Assembly: GCF_006345805.1 (NCBI RefSeq) | Contig: NW_021836839.1 | Location: 1 to 37,858, forward strand | Direction: 5' to 3' | Length of the DNA stretch: 37,858 bases | Origin: Octopus sinensis | Lineage: Eukaryota | In this document: one piece after another, positions 25,540 to 37,858 of the stretch | Layout of the letters: every line of letters begins with the position of its first letter | How positions within the stretch are numbered: the first letter of the stretch is position 1 | The notes under the pieces: model-generated | The model's input: the letters and a program-made list of their open reading frames with translations, nothing else | What the model was told of the DNA's origin: nothing | The model's database searches: none | Program-made: the position numbers and the translations under genes

Positions 25540-25712
25540 GCAAAATGATAACCGGTGTTGGTGTATTTGCATCCCTGTTACTTAGCCCTGAAGCAAAAGA
25601 GAGCTATAGGTTGCTGCTAATCAGACAGAAAAGGTACCACACATAAAGACAAAATCGAGGAGGAGCCCCAGCATGGTCACAGCCTCATGACTGAAACATG
25701 TAGAAGAGAGAA
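25540..25712 (+). mobile_element. Degenerate SINE 3' half
   Basis: accggtgttggtgtatttgcatccctgttacttagc ... ccccagcatggtcacagcctcatgactgaaaca resembles the SINE 3' end. Confidence 0.6.
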
Positions 25713-28700
25713 AGAAAAAGAAAGAGAAAAAAGAAGAGAGGAATAGAAAAATAGAAGAAAGAAAAGGAAAATTGAGAGAGAACTATAGAGAAGAAAAAAA
25801 GAGAAACGAAACAGAGAATGAGAGAGAAAAGATAAAGAGAATGAGATTGGAAAAAGAAAACGAGAGAGAAAAGAAAGAGAGGAAGAAAGAGAAAAATGAA
25901 AGAGTGAGAGAGAGGAACAAGGATAAAAAGAAAACGAGAGGGAAAAAAAGGAGAAAAAAGCGAGAGAGCAAGAAAAGAAAGAGAGAGAGATAAAGAAATT
26001 AGAGGAAGAAAGAGAGGAATGAAAGAGTGAGAGAGAGGAAGAAGGATAAAAAGAAAACGAGAGGGAGAAAGAAGGAGAAAAAAACGAGAGAGCGAAAATA
26101 GAAAGAGAGAGAGATAAAGAAATTAAAGGAAGAAAGAGAGGAATGAAAGAGTGAGAGAGAGGAAGAAGGATAAAAAGAAAACGAGAGGGAGAAAGAAGGA
26201 GAAAAAAACGAGAGAGTGGAAATAGAAAGAGAGAGAGATAAAGAAATTAGAGGAAGAAAGAGAGGAATGAAAGAGTGAGAGAGAGGAAGAAGGATAAAAA
26301 GAAAACGAGAGGGAGAAAGAAGGTGAAAAAAGCGAGAGAGCGAAAATAGAAAGAGAGAGAGATAAAGAAATTAGAGGAAGAAAGAGAGGAATGAAAGAGT
26401 GAGAGAGAGGAAGAAGGATAAAAAGAAAACGAGAGGGAGAAAGAAGGAGAAAAAAACGAGAGAGAGAGAAAAGAAAGAGAGAGAAAGAAACGAGAGGAAG
26501 AAAGAGTGAGAGAGAGGAAGAAGAATGAAGAGGAAACGAGAGGGAGAAAGAAGGAGAAAAAAGCGAGAGAGCGAGGAAAGAAAGAGAGAGAAAAAGAAAC
26601 GAGAGAAGAAAAGAGAAATGAAAGAGTGAGAGAGAGGACGAAGAATGAAAAGGAAACGAGAGGGAGAAAGGAGGAGAAAAAAGCGAGAGAGCGAGAAAAG
26701 AAAGAGAGAGAAAAAGAAACGAGAGGAAGAAAGAGAGAAATGAAAGTGTGAGAGAGAGGAAGAAGGATAAAAAGAAAACGAGTGGGAGGGAGAAGGAGAA
26801 AAAAGTGAGAGAGCGAGAAAAGAAAGAGAGAGAGAAAAAGAAATGAGAGGAAGAAAGAGGAAGAAGAATGAAAAGGAAACGAGAGGGAGGGAGAAGGAGA
26901 AAAAAGTGAGAGAGCGAGAAAAGAGAGAGAAAAAAAGAAAGAGAGAAATGAAAGAGTGAGAGAGAGGAAGAAGAATGAAGAGGAAACGAGAGGGAGAAAG
27001 ACGGAGAAAAAAGCGAGAAAAGAAAGAGAGAGAAAAAGAAATAAGAGGAAGAAAGAAAGAAATGAAAGAGTGAGAGAGAGGAAGAAGGATAAAAAGAAAA
27101 CAAGAGGGAGAAAGAAGGAGAAAAAAAGCGAGAGGGCGAGAAAAGAAAGAGAGAGAAAGAAACGAGAGGAAGAAAGAGAGAAATGAAAGAGTGAGAGAGA
27201 GGAAGAAGAATGAAGAGGAAACGAGAGGGAGAGAGAAAGAGAAAAATGCGAGAGAGCGAGAAAAGAAAGAGAGAGAGATAAAGAAATTAGAGGAAGAAAG
27301 AGAGGAATGAAAGAGTGAGAGAGAGGAACAAGGATAAAAAGAAACGAGAGGAAGAAAGAGAAGACGAAAGGGAGAGAGAAAAAGAAAGAGAAAAAGACAA
27401 TGAGGAAATGAGAGAAAGTGAGAACAGACAAAGAAAACGAGCGAAAGAGAGAAAAGAAAATGATAGAGAGAGAGAGAGAAAGGAAACATAGAGAGAAAGA
27501 AAGAAAAGGAAAAGAAAAAGAGAGATAGGGAGAAGGAAATCCAGAAAATAAAAAGAGAGAGAAAAGAAGCAGAGAGGGAGAGAGCGAGAATAGAAAAAGA
27601 GAAAGAGGGAGAGGAAGAGAGAAAGATGGAAGATAAGAGAAGAAAAAGGTACTGAGAGAAATAAAGAGAGAAAATGGGAGAGAGAGAGAGAGGAAGAAAG
27701 AGAAAAAACAAACACTGAAAGAGAGAGAAATGAGAAAGAGAGGGATAAAGAGAATGAGAGAAAAGAAAGAGGGAGAAAGAGAGAAAAGAAAGGGAGAAGG
27801 CAAGAGAGGAGAGAAAAGAAAAAAGTAAGTCCCTTAAAGGGAGAAAAGGGAAAGAGGGAAAGAAGAGAAAAAGGAAATGACAAAGAGACAGATAGAAATA
27901 GAGGGAGAGGGAGGAAGAGAGAAAAGGAAATTGAGAGAGAGAGAGGAAGAGAGAAGAGAAAAATTGCCAGAGAAAAGAGATAACAGAGAGAAAGAGGAAG
28001 AGAGGAAAGAAAGAGAGAGATAAAAGGAAGCGAGTAGGGGAGAGAGAAAGAGGGAAAAGAAAAGGAGAGAGATTAAGAAGAGAGAATAGAAAAAGAGAGA
28101 AAAGTAAAGCAGGAGAGAAAGGTAAAAGAGCGGGGGAGAAGGAGAGAAGAGAAAAGAGAGGGGGAGAAAGAAGGAGGGAAAAGGGGAAAAAGCAAGTGAG
28201 AGATAAGAATAGGAGAGGAAGAGAAAGAGAAAAGAGACAGAGAGGGAAAGAGGGGAATATAGGAGAGAAAAGAGAGTGGGAGATAGAGAGAGAGGAAGAA
28301 AGATAGAAAAGAGTGAGAGAGAGAGAACAAAGATTAAGACACATAGAGAGAGAAAGATAGAAAATAAATTGTGAGAGTGTGAGAGGAGAAGAAAGAGAGA
28401 AAATGAAAAAGAAAGGGCATCAAAGAAAGAGAAAAGTAAAAGAGAAAGAGGAAGAAAGATAGAAAAGGCAAAGAGAAGCAGAGAGAGAGAGATAAATGTA
28501 AAAGAGAAAGAGAGACGAAAAAGAAAAAGGTTGGGTGCAAGAGAGAAAGGAAGAAGTGAAAGAGATAGAGAGAGAAAGAAAGAGAGTAAAGTAATAGAGA
28601 GAGAGATAAAGAAAGAGAAATGGAAAAGATAGAAAGAGAAAAAAAGAGAGAAACAGAGAAAAGAATGAGAGAGGAAAAGTGAGAGGGAGAAGAAAAGGGA

Positions 28701-28917
28701 AAGAAATGAAAGAGAGAGAGAGAGAAATTGATAAATAGAGAAAGATAAGAGAAAAAAGAAAAAGAGAAAGAGGAAGGAAATAAGAGAGAGAAAGAGAGAG
28801 TAAAAGAGACACAAAGAGAGAAAGAGAAAGAAAGAGAGAAAAGAAAGAAAATGAAAGAGGAAAGAAAACGAGAAAGAGAGTGAGAGACAAAGAGAGAAAA
28901 GAGAGAGAGAGAGAAAA
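25713..28917. repeat. About 3.2-kb purine-rich (GA) tract with a 124-bp higher-order minisatellite
   Basis: Plus strand is mostly A/G. gaggaatgaaagagtgag recurs at 26014, 26138, 26262 and 26386. Confidence 0.95.
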
Positions 28918-28960
28918 TGGAATTTCTCTATTTCACATGTCCTCACTTTCTTCATTACAG

Positions 28961-29115
28961 ATTAACAAACCTATTGAATATGGAAAAACTCCTCTAATAT
29001 TTGCCTGTGAAGTGGGCATCGATAGAAGAATACTCGAAATTTTGCTAGAAGCAGGAGGAGAGGTGAGAACAAAAGACGAATGGGGTAATACAGCTTTACA
29101 TTATGCTGTGTCGAG
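28961..29115 (+). CDS. Ankyrin-repeat gene, second coding exon
   Basis: Acceptor ttcttcattacag. INKPIEYGKTPLIFACEVGIDRRILEILLEAGGEVRTKDEWGNTALHYAVS has ankyrin G.TPL and GNTALH motifs. Donor AG|gtaagt, phase 2. Confidence 0.9.
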
Positions 29116-29481
29116 GTAAGTTGAGAATCAATTAAAATCTGCAGATGTGTTTTTGTTTGTAAATTTGTTGCAATTGCAGACACAGGTTCAATATCCAAAC
29201 AGGCCAGAGTTGTGGGACAACAGCACAACAGCAGACTAGCAAACAACAAGAAGCTTCTGTTTAGTCATCGATCCAATTCATTAGTCATTATTCAATCATA
29301 ACAATCCCGAATATGATGATGATAACGATGACGGTATTGATGATGTCGATCATGATGATGGTGTTGTTGATGATGATGATGATGGAGGAGATGATGATGA
29401 TGATGATGATGTTTCGTCTGAAAGCCAAAACAATTAGGTGTTTAATGTAACTTAGTCAATGTTTCTATCTTTTACTCTCAG

Positions 29482-29635
29482 CCGTCGTCTTCAAGCCGTG
29501 GAACTCTTACTATCTCGGGGCAGCGAGATAAACGGAAAGAGGTATGATGGCAGGACTCCTCTCCATTTGGCTGCAAACTTATCTCCGGAATGGACAGATG
29601 GTGTGAAAGAATTAATGAAACACAGAGCTCTTGAG
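29482..29635 (+). CDS. Ankyrin-repeat gene, third coding exon (gene probably continues beyond the window)
   Basis: Acceptor ttttactctcag, phase 2 matched (AG|C = Ser). RRLQAVELLLSRGSEINGKRYDGRTPLHLAANLSPEWTDGVKELMKHRALE, then donor |gttagt. Confidence 0.9.
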
Positions 29636-29698
29636 GTTAGTGACTATATATATGTGTGTGTGCGTGTGTGTATGTGTGTCTGTGTACTTATATATATG

Positions 29699-29742
<44 letters not shown>

Positions 29743-29989
29743 ATATATACAAGTAAATGTATGGATGTATATATAATGTAAATTGTGGTGTGCATATGTT
29801 AGTGTTTCTCTTCATTCATATTATATTCCGAAATAATCCTAATCTTCTCCGAAAGGTTTTTCTCGATACTTTCCTAACAATTTATCCACTTCTTGAAAAA
29901 TTACGAGGAAACAAAAGATACTCTTGTGAAATTTTACTGAACTCTTCTCCCGACATTTGGGGCACACTTATATAGGTACGTATATAAAA

Positions 29990-33262
<3,273 letters not shown>

Positions 33263-34270
33263 TATATGCCCTTGGTAGCACAAACAACATCCCTCACTAG
33301 CTATGCTGATGACACAAAGGTAGCACAGGCAATCAAAAACCCAGCGATGCTGACCTTTTACAACAAGATCTGGATGCCATATACAAATGGGCTGAAGACA
33401 CAACATGCAATTAATGCTGGTAAATTTCAAGCCTTACAATATCAAGCTGTAAACACATATACATTACAACACAACTATACTGGTCCAGGAGGGATCGAAA
33501 TCCCAGTATCGAAATCAATACGGGACCTGGGGATAGACATGAGTGACGATGCATATCTTTTCTTCACACATCGCGAAGGTGGCGACAATGTGCAGACGAC
33601 TCACTGGCTGGATCCTGAGGACATCCGGACAAGAGACTGCGAGACCATGTGACACTATGGAGGACATTTGTCCTAAGCCGCCTGACTACTACTGCTCCAA
33701 CTGTGGTCACGCATAGTGTCAACTAACCACAGAGCTTGAGACAATCCAAAGACATTTCACCAAGAGGATTTCCACCATGAAAGAAAAGAACTATTGGGAG
33801 AGGCTTAGGAACTCAATTTGTACTCCTTGGAACGAAGACGAGAGAGATATGCAGTGATATACATATGAAAATCCTGGAGGGACTAGCACCAAATTTTGGA
33901 ATTGAGAGCTGTTCCAATCCCCGTACAGTCGTCACTGTGTGGTGCCAAAGGTCCCGTCTTCCACATCCAGAGCAGATACTGTAATAGCCTGGGGTTCAGG
34001 GGCCCTCAGTGTTCAACAAACTGCCAAGAAAACTAAGAGATCTACATGATGCGGATGTGGACATTTTCAAAAAACATCTAGACAAGCTGCTTTCCGGGAT
34101 CCCAGATGAACCCACTGCAAGGTACGAAGGTAACCTAAGGGCAGCAGCTACAAACTCTCTCTTAGATCAATGGCCAGCCACGGCAAACTGGACTTAGAGA
34201 GGGTAGCAACAAGGGCGGTGCCCAGCTGGCCTCAGCCGGATGGCTGAAACAAGTAAAAGAGTAAAAGAGT
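33263..34270 (+). mobile_element. 5'-truncated, decayed LINE related to 20058-23135, embedded in (TA)n
   Basis: SYADDTKVAQAIKNP, NAGKFQAL, YTGPGGIEIP, RDLGIDMSDD and FNKLPRKLRDLH..DVDIFK..LD are colinear with the RT C-terminus of the longer copy. Tail gctgaaacaagtaaaagagtaaaagag. Confidence 0.9.
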
Positions 34271-34374
34271 AATATATATACATATATATATATACATATA
34301 TATATATACATATATATATATACACATTATATTATATACATTATATATAACTATATATACATATATATATATAC

Positions 34375-34414
<40 letters not shown>

Positions 34415-34640
34415 ATAATTAATCATATAGGGAGGCAAAAAAATTTTGTAGAATTCTTTTGCCCCCAGCGGCCTAGTGGGAAAAAATTATAGTCATAACC
34501 CATTTTTAATTCAATATCACAATCAAGGAACGGCCATAATAGGCCATTCACCCACTAGAAATAACAGCCAAAAAGCTTCAACACCGCAAAATAACTAATT
34601 CTGTAAACCAGGAGAAAATTAAAGAAACATTTACCCTGAA

Positions 34641-34744
34641 ATTCCTTATACGATGCACCGTTTCGTCTACTGTTTAATGGTAAACAACCTGATTAAATAA
34701 ATCAAGCCAATCTACCATAGGCCCTTAGATTCATCAGTAAGAAT
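34641..34744 (-). ncRNA. Type I hammerhead ribozyme motif
   Basis: Reverse complement of the same unit. tcatcag at 34731-34737 and tacgatgcaccgtttcg upstream on the + strand. Confidence 0.72.
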
Positions 34745-35128
34745 AGCCAAATCGGAACAGATATTTTTCACGAGGCATTCCCGTCCATGCCTCGCCAATA
34801 TCGACCTAAAATTTTCAAATCGTCGCACTCGCGCAAAATTATCGGCAGCAAATAAATATAAGCCGCCGATTCCATTACGGAACTAACCAGAAAATTCATA
34901 ATTAATCAATATAGGGAGGCAAAAAAATTTTGTAGAATTCTTTTGCCCCCACGCTAGTGGGAAAAAAATTAAATAGTCATAAAAACCATTTTTAAGTTCA
35001 ATATCACAATCAAGGAACGGCCATAATAGGCCATTCACCCACTAGAAATAACAGCCAAAAAGCTTCAACAACCGCAAAATAACATTAATTCTGTAAACCG
35101 GAGAAAATTAAAAAAACATTTACCCTGA

Positions 35129-35234
35129 ATTCCTATACGATGCACCGTTTCGTCTAACTGTTTATGGTAAACCAACCTGATTAAATTAAATCAAGCCAAT
35201 CTACCATAGGCCCTTAGATTCATCAGTAAGGAAT
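35129..35234 (-). ncRNA. Type I hammerhead ribozyme motif
   Basis: tcatcag at 35220-35226, tacgatgcaccgtttcg intact, minor indels. Confidence 0.7.
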
Positions 35235-35630
35235 AGCCAAATCGGAACAGATATTTTTCACGAGGCATTCCCGTCCATGCCTCGCCAATATCTGACCTAA
35301 ATTTTCAAATCGTCGCACTCGCGCGCCAAATTTATCGGCAGCAATAAATATAAGCCGCCGATTCCATTACGGAACTAACCAGAAAATTCATAATTAATCA
35401 ATATAGGGAGGCAAAAAAATTTGTGTAGAATTCTTTTGCCCCCAGCGGCCTAGTGGGAAAAAAATTAAATAGTCATAAACCATTTTAAGTTCAATATCAC
35501 AATCAAGGACGGCCATAATAGGCCATTCACCCACTAGAAATAACAGCCAAAAAGCTTCAACAACAAAATAACAAAGCAAATAACATTAATTCTGTAAACC
35601 AGGAGAAAATAAAAAAACATTTACCCTGAA

Positions 35631-35739
35631 ATTCCTTATACGATGCACCGTTTCGTCTACTGTTTAATGGTAAACCAACCTGATTAAATTAAATCAAGCC
35701 ATCTATCTACCATAGGCCCTAGATTCATCAGTAAGGAAT
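35631..35739 (-). ncRNA. Type I hammerhead ribozyme motif
   Basis: tcatcag at 35725-35731, stem I and stem III intact. Confidence 0.72.
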
Positions 35740-36117
35740 AGCCAAATCGGAACAGATATTTTTCACGAGGCATTCCCGTCCATGCCTCGCCAATATCTGA
35801 CCTAAAATTTTCAAATCGTCGCACTCGCGCCAAATTATCGGCCAGCAAATAAAGACCCGCCGATTCCATTACGGAACTAACCAGAAAATTCATAATTAAT
35901 CAATAAGGGAGGCAAAAAATTTTGTAGAATTCTTTTGCCCCCAGCGGCCTAGTGGAAAAAAATTAAATAGTCATAAACCATTTTAAGTTCAATATCACAA
36001 TCAAGGAACGGCCATAATAGCCATTCACCCACTAGAAATAACAGCCAAAAAGCTTCAACCGCAAAATAACATTAATTCTGTAAACCAGGAGAAAATTAAA
36101 AAAACATTTACCCTGAA

Positions 36118-36220
36118 ATTCCTTATACGATGCACCGTTTCGTCTACTGTTAATGGTAAACCAACCTGATTAAATTAAATCAAGCCAATCTACCATAGGC
36201 CCTTAGATATCAGAAGGAAT
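36118..36220 (-). ncRNA. Hammerhead motif with disrupted core (mutation or read error)
   Basis: Stem III and GAAA present, but the core reads gatatcag instead of gattcatcag on the + strand. Confidence 0.45.
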
Positions 36221-36701
36221 AGCCAAATCGGAACAGATATTTTTCACGAGGCATTCCCGTCCATGCCTCGCCAATATCTGACCTAAAATTTTCAAATCGT
36301 CGCACTCGCGCCAAATTTATCGGCAGCAAATAAATATAAGCCGCCGATTCCATTACGGAACTAACTATTTTGCGGTTGAAGCTTTTTGGCTGTTATTTCT
36401 AGTGGGTGAATGGCCTATTATGGCCGTTCCTTGATTGTGATATTGAACTTAAAAATGGTTTATGACTATTTAATTTTTTTCCCACTAGGCCGCTGGGGGC
36501 AAAAGAATTCTACAAAATTTTTTTGCCTCCCTATATTGATTAATTATGAATTTTCTGGTTAGTTCCGTAATGGAATCGGCGGCTTATATTTATTGCTGCC
36601 GATAAATTTGGCGCGAGTGCGACGATTTGAAAATTTTAGGTCAGATATTGGCGAGGCATGGACGGGAATGCCTCGTGAAAAATATCTGTTTCGATTTGGC
36701 T

Positions 36702-36806
36702 ATTCCTTACTGATGAATCTAAGGGCCTATGGTAGATTGCTTGATTAATTTAATCAGGTTGGTTTACCATTAAACAGTAGACGAAACGGTGCATCGTATA
36801 AGGAAT
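36702..36806 (+). ncRNA. Type I hammerhead ribozyme motif
   Basis: Same fold. Core at 36710-36716, GAAA at 36783-36786, cleavage predicted after 36798. Confidence 0.78.
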
Positions 36807-37188
36807 TTCAGGGTAATGTTTTTTTAATTTTCTCCTGGTTTACAGATTAATTTATTGCGGTTGAAGCTTTTTGGCTGTTATTTCTAGGGGTGAATGGCCT
36901 ATTATGGCCGTTCCTTGATTGGTGATATTGACTTAAAAATGGTTTATGACTATTTAATTTTTTTCCCACCTAGGCCGCTGGGGGCAAAAGAATTCTACAA
37001 AATTTTTTTGCCTTCCTATATTGATTAATTATGAATTTTCTGGTTAGTTCCGTAATGGAATCGGCGGCTTATATTTATTTGCTGCCGATATAAATTTGCG
37101 CGAGTGAGACGATTTGAAAATTTTAGGTCAGATATTGGCGAGGCATGGACGGGAATGCCTCGTGAAAAATATCTGTTCCGATTTGGCT

Positions 37189-37295
37189 ATTCCTTACTGA
37201 TGAATCTAAGGGCCTATGGTAGATTGGCTTGATTTAATTTAATCAGGTTGGTTTACCATTAAACAGTAGACGAAACGGTGCATCGTATAAGGAAT
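37189..37295 (+). ncRNA. Type I hammerhead ribozyme motif (cleanest copy)
   Basis: Stem I attcctta/taaggaat (8 bp). Core CTGATGA at 37197-37203, 68-nt extended stem II, GAAA at 37272-37275, stem III acgg-tgca-tcgt, GUA triplet with cleavage predicted after 37287. The 10.1-11.1 pair is A.C instead of G-C. Confidence 0.8.
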
Positions 37296-37677
37296 TTCAG
37301 GGTAAATGTTTTTTTAATTTTCTCCTGGTTTACAGAATTAATGTTATTTTGCGGTTGAAGCTTTTTGGCTGTTATTTCTAGTGGGTGAATGGCCTATTAT
37401 GCCGTTCCTTGATGTGATATTGACTTAAAAATGGTTTATGACTATTTAATTTTTTTCCCACTAGGCCGCTGGGGGCAAAAGAATTCTACAAAATTTTTTT
37501 TTGCCTCCCTATATTGATTAATTATGAATTTTCTGTTAGTTCCGTAATGGAATCGGCGGCTTATATTTATTTGCTGCCGATAAATTGGCGCGAGTGCGAC
37601 GATTTGAAAATTTTAGGTCAGATATGGCGAGGCATGGACGGGAATGCCTCGTGAAAAATATCTGTTCCGATTTGGCT

Positions 37678-37780
37678 ATTCCTTACTGATGACTAAGGGC
37701 CTATGGTAATTGGCTTGATTTAATTTAATCAGGTTGGTTTACCATTAAACAGTAGACGAAACGGTGCATCGTATAAGGAT
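37678..37780 (+). ncRNA. Type I hammerhead ribozyme motif (small deletion at the stem II base)
   Basis: Core ctgatga at 37686-37692, gaaac at 37758-37762, gta at 37771-37773. Confidence 0.65.
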
Positions 37781-37858
37781 TTTCAGGGTAAATTTTTTTT
37801 AATTTTCTCCTGGTTTACAGAATTAATGTTATTTTGCGGTTGAAGCTTTTTGGCTGTT

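Larger units (their letters stand above)
34414..37858. repeat. About 487-bp tandem array: four monomers (34414-36365), then at least three inverted monomers (36366 to window end)
   Basis: cataattaatc recurs at about 34414, 34897, 35389 and 35891. The reverse complement gattaattatg recurs at 36538, 37023 and 37516. Confidence 0.97.

Noticed and set aside
25772-28955. Long ORFs up to 657 aa rich in F/S/L or E/R/K
   Set aside because: Artefacts of the GA tract. The pyrimidine strand rarely forms stops and there is no domain content.
35394-35893. ORFs within the tandem array
   Set aside because: Not preserved between monomers and broken by indels. The unit looks non-coding.
34414-37858. Array as CRISPR, rDNA/5S or mitochondrial insertion
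   Set aside because: Whole monomers repeat with no unique spacers, and I recognise no rRNA, tRNA or mitochondrial gene motif.

Overview
Repeat-dense animal DNA; the SINE/MITE families and very long (TA)n/(GA)n tracts resemble Octopus repeats as I recall them (inference, no search run). Two host genes appear to lie head-to-head around 13.1 kb. One is a minus-strand gene whose last exon encodes a death-domain C-terminal half (5810-6015). The other is a plus-strand ankyrin-repeat gene with three coding exons here (18874-18951, 28961-29115, 29482-29635) that probably continues past the window. The rest is tRNA-derived SINEs, a near-complete APE+RT LINE and a truncated relative, a HERO-like restriction-endonuclease LINE relic, a Helitron helicase relic, nested MITEs (one with an 8-bp TSD) and microsatellites. 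The key observation is the ~487-bp tandem array at 34414-37858. Every monomer carries a type I hammerhead ribozyme fold (CUGAUGA...GAAA, GUA cleavage triplet, 8-bp stem I), and the monomer is rich in hairpins with G.U pairs on one strand only. It looks like a non-LTR retrozyme-type array, with an internal inversion at 36365/36366. Frequent homopolymer indels suggest a noisy long-read consensus, so single-base defects may be errors. Most listed short ORFs are microsatellite artefacts.
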